DNA of 64,000 nucleotides from Bdellovibrionaceae bacterium UBA6502 (GTDB lineage Bacteria; Bdellovibrionota; Bdellovibrionia; Bdellovibrionales; UBA840): NCBI GenBank assembly GCA_002436415.1, contig DJMA01000007.1, positions 17,912 to 81,911 of the forward strand, read 5' to 3'. Shown piece by piece: positions 28,263 to 36,743 of this stretch (position 1 is its first letter; each line of letters starts with the position of its first letter). The notes under the pieces were generated by a model. It saw only the letters and a program-made list of their open reading frames with translations, ran no database searches and was not told where the DNA came from. The position numbers and the translations under genes were made by a program.

Positions 28263-29581
28263 GCGATTCTTAGGTTAACAACTTTTTCTTCATTTTCTAT
28301 ATAGTTTGTCGTCAAGCTTGGGTAGTAGGCCTGTCTTAAGTAATCGTTGTATATTAACCATTCTTTAGGGATTTCTCCTTTGAAGAGTATTCCGTAGCGG
28401 TTAAACTCAGAGTTTTCCCAAATAACGTTCGCTTTTAGTTTTACTTCTTTACCATTTAAAACGGTTTTTATAATCACCAATTCACCAACATTCATTTTCT
28501 TTTCTGTGAAAATAGCGGCACCTAACATAGAGGCTTCGATGATTTGTGAATAATTTTTTTCTAATAAGTTTCCAGTCACTAAATCAGAACGTAGGGAGGT
28601 TGGGAAGCGCATATTTGCTCTAGAGCTTTCAGGGCCTGAGTGGCAGACTCCTGTTTCTCTGATTACACTTGGACTTCCGTATATCTTTTTGAGTGCATTT
28701 TTTTCGTCACTACTTAATTGTTCAAAAGTACTTGTACGGTTTTTAAAATACTCTCTCACTGTTTCTGGTTCAATGCTATTGTGCGAAGAAAGAGGGTAGT
28801 CGTGTTCTGGTAATTCAACATGCTGTCTGTCGCGGTATACATACATATAGTGGTAAACATTTTTTTCTATAGGGTAGTTTCTATAGTTGTTTTTCATCTC
28901 ATTGGCAAAATTTTCGTTTTTCTCGTATTTAAATTCCAAGGCAAGCGGGTTGATGCCGTTGTGTTTTACATAAGAGTATTCATTGGCTTCTTCCTTTACG
29001 CTAAGGGGTTTAAAGCAAATGATGTCTTCATAGAAAAATTTAGCCGTATCATTTACCACAGCAACCAATGCGTTGATGTTTCCAACTTCTTGGCAATATA
29101 AGTGAATAAAGTTAATTACAGGGAACATTAATTTCCCTCTTCTTAGACCAGAGTCTTTGGCGATGGCTAAGCTAGATATTTCTGCGATTTTAGAGTTTCT
29201 CTTTCTAAGTTCGGTGATGTCACTAGTAGCATCAATTGGTAAACCAAAAATACTATCTTGTATGATGGTAAAGGTACCTATTACTTTGTCGAAGTGTTTT
29301 ACAACACAAAGCGTAGTGGTAGGTAAAGCGTGATATTTAGTGACTCTTAATCCTGATGTTTCCTCATCAATCAATTTCGTCTCTAAATAGGTATCGTGCA
29401 AAATTTTGTAGGCTTGTTCGATTTCTTCCTTGCTTTCAGCCACTTTAATTTTAATTCCTGGGATGTAGGAATAATTTAATTTCAATTGAGATCGAATGAT
29501 GGGAACTCTTAGTTTTGCTGGTAGGCGACCGATCAACTTGTAACTTCTTCGTAACACTTTTTTTACCAAACTCGAGTACAT
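28259..29581 (-). CDS. fusion protein: N-acyl amino acid synthase-like (FeeM/OlsB/autoinducer-synthase-type GNAT fold) N-domain plus C-terminal PilZ domain
   Basis: The N-domain has KIAEISSLAIAKD, matching the E-[IV]-S-R-L-A-V type motif of this acyltransferase fold. The C-domain has RANMR (RxxxR, aa 321-325), then EASMLG 24 aa later (the D/NxSxxG position), then the PilZ-barrel-like LKANVIWENSEFNRYGILF. Confidence 0.5.
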   Translation of the reverse strand: MYSSLVKKVLRRSYKLIGRLPAKLRVPIIRSQLKLNYSYIPGIKIKVAESKEEIEQAYKILHDTYLETKLIDEETSGLRVTKYHALPTTTLCVVKHFDKVIGTFTIIQDSIFGLPIDATSDITELRKRNSKIAEISSLAIAKDSGLRRGKLMFPVINFIHLYCQEVGNINALVAVVNDTAKFFYEDIICFKPLSVKEEANEYSYVKHNGINPLALEFKYEKNENFANEMKNNYRNYPIEKNVYHYMYVYRDRQHVELPEHDYPLSSHNSIEPETVREYFKNRTSTFEQLSSDEKNALKKIYGSPSVIRETGVCHSGPESSRANMRFPTSLRSDLVTGNLLEKNYSQIIEASMLGAAIFTEKKMNVGELVIIKTVLNGKEVKLKANVIWENSEFNRYGILFKGEIPKEWLIYNDYLRQAYYPSLTTNYIENEEKVVNLRIA

Positions 29582-29865
29582 TTGACTCCTCCGTATAACT
29601 TATTACGATTCGGTGTAGATTCGACTAGACTTTAGTGTTGAAATGATGCTTTTTGTTAAAATTCTCGAGAACTTACAAAATTGAGGAAAGTACTTAAAAG
29701 TGTAAACTTCTTGGTCGATGGCCTTCAAGAAGCGTCCATTTTTTGTGAAATTGAATAAAAATGAGTTATTTGGTTAAGAGTAAGGTCTTGAAATTAATAA
29801 ATAATTAAAGCTTAGTTTGAGATATATTCTTTTCCTTCGTAACAATTTCTTCTACCATAAATGCT

Positions 29866-30750
29866 ATGAACAAATTCGATTATGATCTTGCGTATTCTAG
29901 AAACATCGGTTGGGTTACTCGCTCTGAGCAACAAGAAATTAGAAAGAAAAAAATTGCCATCGCTGGCATGGGAGGGGTTGGTGGAGTACACCTTACTACT
30001 CTTTGTAGAATGGGATTTTCAAACTTCCACATTGCTGATTTCGATCAGTTTGATGTGGCTAATATTAACCGGCAAGCAGGTGCTTTTGAGTCTACCTTTG
30101 GAAAAGACAAAGCCCTGGTCATGGAATCAATTGCGAAAGACATAAATCCAGAGGCCAATATAAAGGTGTTTCCTAAAGGTCTTAATGATGAAAATATGGA
30201 AGAGTTTTTTGACGGGGTAGATCTTTACATCGATGGTTTAGACTTTTTTGTTTTAGAGTTGAGGCAAAAGGTTTTTAAGCATTGTGAGAAGATGCAGATT
30301 CCGGGGATTACGGCAGCACCGATCGGCATGGGAGCTTCTTTTGTGAATTTCATTCCAGGAAAAATGAGTTTCGAAGATTATTTTGGCTTGAGTGAGTCAA
30401 AGGATTTCGCAGATATGATTTTACGTTTCGCCATAGGCTTGAGCCCTAAGATGATTCATCGGAAAAACATTGTGGACTTAACAGGAGGCTTTAGTTATCC
30501 AGAGAGGAAGGCTGCTTCATCTCCGATGGGATGCCAAATTGCTTCTGGTGTTGCTGTGACGGAAGCGGTTAAGATTTTGTTGGGAAGGGGTAAGCTCTAC
30601 ACTGCGCCTTGGGCATTGCATTTTGACGCATTTTCCAACGAATATGTGAAAACTTATACAATCGGTGGTAAAAGGAATCCTTTATTAAAACTGAAATTGG
30701 CCATTGCCAGGAAGTTTTATATGAATGAAAGCAAAGGAATTGAAGCATGA
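29866..30750 (+). CDS. ThiF/MoeB/HesA-family (E1-like) adenylyltransferase, no CxxC zinc motifs
   Basis: The Rossmann and ATP motifs are IAIAGMGGVGGVHL...ADFDQFDVANINRQ. I see no rhodanese domain and no paired CxxC. The product is 294 aa. Confidence 0.75.
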   Translation: MNKFDYDLAYSRNIGWVTRSEQQEIRKKKIAIAGMGGVGGVHLTTLCRMGFSNFHIADFDQFDVANINRQAGAFESTFGKDKALVMESIAKDINPEANIKVFPKGLNDENMEEFFDGVDLYIDGLDFFVLELRQKVFKHCEKMQIPGITAAPIGMGASFVNFIPGKMSFEDYFGLSESKDFADMILRFAIGLSPKMIHRKNIVDLTGGFSYPERKAASSPMGCQIASGVAVTEAVKILLGRGKLYTAPWALHFDAFSNEYVKTYTIGGKRNPLLKLKLAIARKFYMNESKGIEA

Positions 30751-31124
30751 AAATCATCCAAACCGATAAAGCACCACAAGCTATTGGCCCTTATTCACAA
30801 GCCGTTGAACACAATGGGATCATCTATCTCTCTGGGCAAATCGCTATTGATCCCAGTGACAATGAGTTGAAGCTAGATGCTGATATAGCAACGCAAACCG
30901 AACTAGTGCTTGAGAACTTAAAAAACGTTCTTATGGCTTCGGGGAGTTCTTTAGAAAAGGTTTTGAAGGTAGGTATATTCCTAAGTGATATGAATGACTT
31001 TTCTGAGGTGAACCGAGTTTATAGTAAGTATTTTTCAAAGACTAAGCCGGCTAGATTTTGTGTGGAGGTAAGTCGTCTCCCTAAAAACGTAAAAGTAGAA
31101 ATGGATGCTACGGCCTACCTATGA
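30747..31124 (+). CDS. ridA: RidA/YjgF/TdcF family reactive-intermediate deaminase
   Basis: MKIIQTDKAPQAIGPYSQAV...GQI is the canonical RidA N-terminus. The ATGA start overlaps the ThiF-like gene. Confidence 0.9.
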   Translation: MKIIQTDKAPQAIGPYSQAVEHNGIIYLSGQIAIDPSDNELKLDADIATQTELVLENLKNVLMASGSSLEKVLKVGIFLSDMNDFSEVNRVYSKYFSKTKPARFCVEVSRLPKNVKVEMDATAYL

Positions 31125-31732
31125 TGGAATATTTAGAGGAACTAGATCCAAGAAAAGAAGAAAAGAATTCTAAAGAGTTTAATTGGAAACTATGCTTTGG
31201 ATTTTTGGCTTTTGTTTTTGTTTTTGGTTTTTTGATTCTTAGGCAATCCCAAGAAATTATCAATACCCCTGTAACATCATGGACGGAAGACCAAAGGGCG
31301 GATTGTGGTTTGGTCTTAACTGGAGGAGCTGCAAGGATTAGTGAAGGCTTTTCTTTATTGAGTCAAAAGCGAATCAAGAAACTAGTAATCTCTGGTGTTA
31401 ATCCAAACTCAAAGTTGCACGAAATTTTTCCGCAGCTGGTTTTTTATGGAAACCTTTCTGAGGAAGATATTCTTTTAGAGAAAAGATCTAAAACCACATA
31501 CGGAAATGCCCAACAATCAGCAGTTTTAATAGATGCTTTGAACTGTAAGGACATAATTTTAATCACCTCCTGGTATCATATGAAGAGGGCGTCGAAAACG
31601 ATGCGAAGTAGTTTACCAAACTCCTTTCCGGTTTATCATAGGGCCGTAATTTATGGACCTAAAGATTTCTGGAGTACGGAGGTCTTCTTTGAGGCAATTA
31701 AGAGTCTATTCTATAGCCTTTGGGCTTATTAA
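31121..31732 (+). CDS. DUF218 (YdcF/ElyC/SanA-like) membrane-anchored protein
   Basis: An N-terminal TM helix is present. The motifs are GLVLTGGAARISEG...LVISGVNP and ITSWYHMKRA. The ATGA start overlaps ridA. Confidence 0.7.
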   Translation: MMEYLEELDPRKEEKNSKEFNWKLCFGFLAFVFVFGFLILRQSQEIINTPVTSWTEDQRADCGLVLTGGAARISEGFSLLSQKRIKKLVISGVNPNSKLHEIFPQLVFYGNLSEEDILLEKRSKTTYGNAQQSAVLIDALNCKDIILITSWYHMKRASKTMRSSLPNSFPVYHRAVIYGPKDFWSTEVFFEAIKSLFYSLWAY

Positions 31733-31879
31733 AAAATAAGCTAGAGCCAAGGCCTTAGGTTGGGTTTGTGGCAAAAAACTCCTAAATTTAATCTGTCTAG
31801 TTTGCTTCACGAGCGCATTCTTTGTTTGTTGTATTTCCTATCAGTATCCTAATAGAGGACCTAAAAAAAGGAGACTGGA

Positions 31880-32785
31880 GTGAAACGAAAAAAGAAACTT
31901 CTTCTTGCTGCTTTTGTAATTGGAATGTGTAGCGCGGCAAGATTGGCTTGGCAGGAAAGTTCTTCTTCTGTGATTGAAAAAGATTTTGGCGCAGAAGTAA
32001 TTTATGGCGAGGACGATCGAGTAGAGTATTTTGAGGTAAACTCTGAGCTACAAGATATAGCAGACTCCACTTTGACCTTAGTGAGAAGTGTTAACTTAGA
32101 AAGAAAAGCTGATGAGGTCTTTTTTCAAGTGGATAATTACAAAGAGGCTATGCGACTTTGTGATGACGAAGCATTTGGGGATCAGAATTTATTGGGATTT
32201 TGTTCGGGGAGTTTAGTTGGACCTGATTTGGTTTTAACGGCAGGTCATTGCATAACCGGTGGCTATGATTGTAGAGCAACTTCTATTGTGTTTGACTACA
32301 ATTTGAAAGGACCAGGGGATGTTCCTTTAAGCACTCACCAGGACAATGTCTATGAGTGTGCAGAAGTAATTCATACAGAGTTTGTGAACGATGGCGCGGA
32401 CTTTGCCGTGATTCGTTTAGATAGACCTGTAGTTGGCCGCAAAAGTTTGGCCATTAAAAGGCAGCACAAGGCTCAAGTTGGCGATGCTATGATTGTCTTA
32501 GGGCATCCTGCTGGCTTACCATTAAAAATCGCAGGAGGGGCCAATGTACGCTCTGACAAAGGATCTCATTTTGTGGCTAACCTTGATACCTATGGAGGTA
32601 ATTCTGGATCTGCGGTAATCGATGCCTTTACTGGAGAAGTAGCTGGAGTTTTGGTTCGTGGTGAAACGGACTTTGTTCAAAGAGGGAATTGCAGTGTTTC
32701 AAATGTTTGCCAAGATAGTGAATGCTCAGGAGAAGATGTTACTCATGCCAGCGAGGCTGCGGCTTATATACCTGAGGTCTTTTAA
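31880..32785 (+). CDS. exported trypsin-like (S1 family) serine endopeptidase
   Basis: The GTG start gives the signal peptide VKRKKKLLLAAFVIGMCSAA. The catalytic His is in LTAGHC, the Asp in DFAVIRL, and the Ser in GGNSGSAV. Confidence 0.75.
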   Translation: MKRKKKLLLAAFVIGMCSAARLAWQESSSSVIEKDFGAEVIYGEDDRVEYFEVNSELQDIADSTLTLVRSVNLERKADEVFFQVDNYKEAMRLCDDEAFGDQNLLGFCSGSLVGPDLVLTAGHCITGGYDCRATSIVFDYNLKGPGDVPLSTHQDNVYECAEVIHTEFVNDGADFAVIRLDRPVVGRKSLAIKRQHKAQVGDAMIVLGHPAGLPLKIAGGANVRSDKGSHFVANLDTYGGNSGSAVIDAFTGEVAGVLVRGETDFVQRGNCSVSNVCQDSECSGEDVTHASEAAAYIPEVF

Positions 32786-32807
32786 TTTAAATACTGGGAA
32801 TAAAAAA

Positions 32808-32830
32808 AGAGCCTTTCGGCTCTTTTTTTT
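32808..32830. terminator. bidirectional intrinsic terminator
   Basis: The sequence is aaaaaaa-gagcc-tttc-ggctc-tttttttt. It sits between convergent genes. Confidence 0.75.
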
Positions 32831-32833
32831 GTT

Positions 32834-33784
32834 TTAAGATAATCCAATCGCTCTTAATCGTTCCATCAAAAACTCGTGGCTATTGATTGGTGGCCATTTT
32901 ACTCCATCACCTTCACAAGAAGGAATGCACTCTAAAACTGCATTAGGGTGAGGGTGGCAAAAGTAAGGCATGCTATAACGATGATCGTTTGTTCCATCAT
33001 TTGGATTAACCACTCGATGCGTGGTTGCTGGAATTTTTCCGTTAGTGATTCTTTGTAACATATCACCAGCGTCTACAATCAAGTTGTTGGCTGCGGTTTC
33101 TACAGGTAACCAAGTTCCATCGCGATCTTTTAATTCAAGACCAGTAGCTGTTGCTGCCACCAGAATGGTGATTAAGTTAATGTCCTCGTGTTCAGCAGCG
33201 CGAACGCATCTTGGATCAGAACCTTCTGGAATTGGCGGGTAGTGAAGAAGTCGTAAGATGGAGTTTCCGTCTTTAATCATATTTGCAAAGTAGTCTTCTT
33301 CCACTTCTAAGGCTTTGCCTAGGGCCTGCAATAAAATAGCAGAAGTCTCATCTAGTTTTTCATAAAGTTCACTAAATGTGTTTTTAAAGTCTTTAACGTC
33401 TTCGTCAGGCCAAATGTTTTTAGGGTATTGAGAGTTTAGAGCATGGTCTTTATCTAGTTCACGACCCACATGCCAAAACTCTTTTAAGTCACTTACTTCC
33501 GCGTTCTTGGCATGTTCTTTACCAAATGGCGTGTAGCCTCTTTGAAAGTTACCATTTTCTAAAATGTAATTGTTCTTTTTATCGACCGGTAAAGTGAAAA
33601 ACTCTTCCACTTTGTTGTAGGCTTGGTCTAATTTTTCTGTTGGAACATTATGGTCTTTTAAAATGATAAATCCATAGTCTTTAATTCCTTCAAATAAATT
33701 AGAAATAAAAGTTTCTTGCTCTTCCTTTGAACCATGAGTGTAGGAACGAAGACTTAGTTCAGGTACCTTTCTTAAAGTAGACAT
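32834..33784 (-). CDS. 2-oxoglutarate/Fe(II)-dependent oxygenase (isopenicillin N synthase-like family)
   Basis: HxD is found in AAEHEDINL and the distal His in PATTHRVVNP. The N-terminal DIOX_N-like stretch is FGFIILKDH. The start was set at Met9, which has an AGGGGA Shine-Dalgarno sequence. The maximal ORF runs to 33808. Confidence 0.8.
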   Translation of the reverse strand: MSTLRKVPELSLRSYTHGSKEEQETFISNLFEGIKDYGFIILKDHNVPTEKLDQAYNKVEEFFTLPVDKKNNYILENGNFQRGYTPFGKEHAKNAEVSDLKEFWHVGRELDKDHALNSQYPKNIWPDEDVKDFKNTFSELYEKLDETSAILLQALGKALEVEEDYFANMIKDGNSILRLLHYPPIPEGSDPRCVRAAEHEDINLITILVAATATGLELKDRDGTWLPVETAANNLIVDAGDMLQRITNGKIPATTHRVVNPNDGTNDHRYSMPYFCHPHPNAVLECIPSCEGDGVKWPPINSHEFLMERLRAIGLS

Positions 33785-33965
33785 ACTTTCCCCTTTTGTA
33801 GAATCCATATAAATTGCCCGCTTTTAAAGCTGTTATAATCCTTTTTCCTCGATTTTGCTAATCCTATTAATGAATCTGTCAGATATAAAAAAATTATTAG
33901 TTGAAAAGTCTCGTATTGCTAAATAAATTGAAATTTCTTCAAGTAAAACCCTAGTAAGGATAAAA

Positions 33966-34796
33966 ATGTCGCTTTTTATGTATCTGCTTTATGTAATTCC
34001 AAGAAGATTACTTTCTCGCATCGTTGGAAAACTGATGCACTTAAAACTTCCTTTTCGTCTAAATCGTCTTACGGTGAAATTGTTTGCAGATTTCTACAAT
34101 ATTAATGTGGATGAAGCTGAGTATCCAATTGGCTACTATTCCAGCATTGGTGATTTTTTTGTGAGGCGCTTAAAGCCCGAGGCTCGACCGGTTTCTGAAG
34201 CTATGTTGGTGCATCCAGCAGATGCTAAGATTAGCCAAGCGGCTATGATCGAGTCAGGGGAGTTGATTCAGGCAAAAAACAAAACCTACAGTTTACGCTC
34301 ATTTTTAGGAGCTGATGATTATGTGAATTCTTTGAAGAATCCATTTTTTATCACTTATTATTTGTGTCCCACAGACTATCACCGTGTTCATTGTCCAGCT
34401 GATGCTAGAGTGCTTTCTGTACACTATTTGCCAGGAGATTTATGGCCGGTGAATGAGTGGAGTACCACGCGAATCGAGTCGCTGTTTTCTGTAAATGAAA
34501 GAGTTGTGATTGAGTTGGAAATCGCTTCTAAAAAAGCCTTTGCTGTTTTGGTGGGGGCAACGAATGTGGGAAAAATGACTCTAGCTTTTGATTCAGATTT
34601 GATTACCAATCAAGGGCGCAGAGGCTCTCCCGTTTTTAAGACCTATGAAGATGTTTTTCTTAAGAAAAATGATGAACTAGGCTGTTTCCATATGGGATCA
34701 ACGGTTGTGATGGTTTACGATGAAAGCTTTTTGGGAGACTTATCAAAATTAAAATCAACGAGCTCCCGAGTAGGAGCTGCGCTTTTTAGTGAATGA
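33966..34796 (+). CDS. psd: phosphatidylserine decarboxylase proenzyme
   Basis: The self-cleavage motif LGCFHMGSTVV (G-S-T) is present, along with DYHRVH and an N-terminal membrane segment. Confidence 0.9.
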   Translation: MSLFMYLLYVIPRRLLSRIVGKLMHLKLPFRLNRLTVKLFADFYNINVDEAEYPIGYYSSIGDFFVRRLKPEARPVSEAMLVHPADAKISQAAMIESGELIQAKNKTYSLRSFLGADDYVNSLKNPFFITYYLCPTDYHRVHCPADARVLSVHYLPGDLWPVNEWSTTRIESLFSVNERVVIELEIASKKAFAVLVGATNVGKMTLAFDSDLITNQGRRGSPVFKTYEDVFLKKNDELGCFHMGSTVVMVYDESFLGDLSKLKSTSSRVGAALFSE

Positions 34797-36113
34797 TCAA
34801 TGGGTAAGAGACTGCTGAAATAAGCCGGGAATTCTTCTTCGCAATTGAGGGCTTTGGCGAAGCTCTTCTGCAATTCGGTCTTCAAAGCGATCCATGATTT
34901 TTGGTAGTTGTTGAATCATTCTGCGAATGTATTTTTTCTTTAAGATAAGTCTCACAGGTAATGGCAGGCTAGAGCGCATATCCTCTATGATTCTATTCGA
35001 GTTTTGCATATCTAGTATGTCTTGCCATTTTTTTAATAAGCCACGATTGTCAGGGTAGGGAACGTACCATAAGGCTTCAAAAGCCGACTCAGGAACTTCA
35101 TCATACAAAAAGGCTTTTAATACTTCATTAACAGAAAGCTCAACCGCGCTAAGTGGCATGGCGATTTTGGCGTCTTCCTCTGTAGCACAAGTGTTTAGGT
35201 GTGTGTCACTGCCGGTACGCCATTTCACACCGAGGGAGTTTTGGACGACCAATCCAACTTCGTTGCCATACTCATCTTTACCTTCATAATCGTGCATTAG
35301 CATACCTAAGCCATCACCGATAAAGGAACCGAGAAGTCTACTGGTATTGTCTTTTGCCCAGTCTTTTAAATCTTTTCGAGGTACTCTCAAATGTCCAGCA
35401 GGAAAAGAATCGGTTAAATAGTGATCTGCAAAAGCATTGATGAACAAGGCCTTGTTTAATATCTTTAAGGCAAGTTCTGTCCTGCCGCTGCGATAGCTTC
35501 TTCCAGCTGCTTGTGCGTAGAACAATGCGCGCTCGTGGTGTTTTACATATGCTTTTACATTGTCCCATGCAAAGTGATCATAGTTTTTCATTACAACTGA
35601 TAGATAGTCCCCACCATACAAAACGTTTACCCATGTACAGTCTGGGTATTTTAGTTCAGGATTGGATTTCTGTTCGGCATGAACACGACCTTCTTTGTCG
35701 ATGCACTGAAAAATCTCACCGATGGAGTGTTTTCGGGAGTTTTCGAAATAGGCATCATCTACTTTTAAATAGAAATCGCCTAGTGCCAAAAGTTCTCCGT
35801 AGCTAAATGCAATTTTTCGATCGTTTCTATAGATTCCGTTCAATAGACAAAAGCTTTCGTTTTGAACAGAGTTTTTTTCACAGGCTTTTTGGAATCCTAA
35901 ATCTCCTAGTTGCAAATGTTCTGCACCAGACCACATGATGTTGAAATCATTTTTTGTAGGTTTGTGCTGGGCTTTATTATGTACTTGCTGGGCCCATGGG
36001 ATTCTTTGATTGTTTAAGCTGGTTTTAATTTGAACACAACTTGAGGCGATACCATCTGAACTTGCAACTGCTTGCAGGCTTAGAATGAAGAAAATCATAA
36101 CACGTTTGAACAT
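34797..36113 (-). CDS. hypothetical exported protein; weak zinc phospholipase C/P1-nuclease-like metal motif
   Basis: The signal peptide is MFKRVMIFFILSLQAVAS. The segment HYLTDSFPAGH has the H-x3-D-x5-H spacing of the alpha-toxin HYFGDIDTPYH site, quoted from memory. The other PLC ligands are not evident. Confidence 0.45.
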   Translation of the reverse strand: MFKRVMIFFILSLQAVASSDGIASSCVQIKTSLNNQRIPWAQQVHNKAQHKPTKNDFNIMWSGAEHLQLGDLGFQKACEKNSVQNESFCLLNGIYRNDRKIAFSYGELLALGDFYLKVDDAYFENSRKHSIGEIFQCIDKEGRVHAEQKSNPELKYPDCTWVNVLYGGDYLSVVMKNYDHFAWDNVKAYVKHHERALFYAQAAGRSYRSGRTELALKILNKALFINAFADHYLTDSFPAGHLRVPRKDLKDWAKDNTSRLLGSFIGDGLGMLMHDYEGKDEYGNEVGLVVQNSLGVKWRTGSDTHLNTCATEEDAKIAMPLSAVELSVNEVLKAFLYDEVPESAFEALWYVPYPDNRGLLKKWQDILDMQNSNRIIEDMRSSLPLPVRLILKKKYIRRMIQQLPKIMDRFEDRIAEELRQSPQLRRRIPGLFQQSLTH

Positions 36114-36600
36114 AGCCTTACCCCTTTAAAGCTGTTCCTCCATGATATTTGTACTGTTCTTTAAATCCTTTTAGAGCAGTATTAGAATTGTTTTAGGCAT
36201 TAATTCATTCGGTATTTGGCTCTTGGTCTTAAAGGAAACAAGCAATTTTGTAGAGAAAGATTAGACCAAGGTTAGAGATGACTAGGCATTTGGTCTTGTA
36301 GTTGATCCTTCTATCTAGGCAATAGTCCTAGGTGTGTTTTGTGTGTCTACAAAACTTTTTTTAGATCAATGTTATGCTTTTAGTTTCTTTAGCTTATAAA
36401 AAATGAAAAAGGAGTAGTTTAGCTTTTTGAAGTAGTCTTACAGCTTGATTTTGTTTTAAGACTAAGTCTAGTGACTTTTGCATTGGTTTTTATGTTTGAT
36501 TGCAGTCTAAGAAAATATATTCAGAAGGCAAAAAGCATAAAATCTTATGATCTTTAAGTCTAAAAAAACAAAGTTTCAATTAGATGTCATTAATTCGGTA

Positions 36601-36628
36601 AAATGCCTAAAAAAGTTTTTAGGCATTT
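36601..36628. repeat. perfect 13+13 bp inverted repeat (aaatgcctaaaaa-ag-tttttaggcattt)
   Basis: Read directly. It contains two of four copies of the TAGGCATT motif found in this 630-bp non-coding region. The other copies are at 36194-36201 and 36283-36290. Confidence 0.9.
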
Positions 36629-36743
36629 GTAGCTGGCTAGTAGCTTATAGATTGAAAAGAGATAAGGGAGAGAAATCTCGATGCCTTAAACTTTAGAGGC
36701 AAAAATTGAGCGTCATTCTATTTTTGCTTAGTCATTGTAAGGC

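Noticed and set aside
29882-30145. An 87-aa alternative-frame ORF inside the ThiF-like gene, considered as a possible hidden ubiquitin-like partner.
   Set aside because: It is in the +2 frame, entirely within the E1-like CDS. It has no Shine-Dalgarno sequence, does not end in Gly-Gly, and has a hydrophobic low-complexity sequence.
36191-36612. Calling the ~420-bp unit flanked by 11-bp inverted repeats a MITE.
   Set aside because: There is only one copy in this window and no target-site duplication that I can see. The same 8-mer also occurs internally (36283) and again just outside (36620). An operator array or RNA structure is at least as likely. It is kept as an open finding and not annotated as a mobile element.
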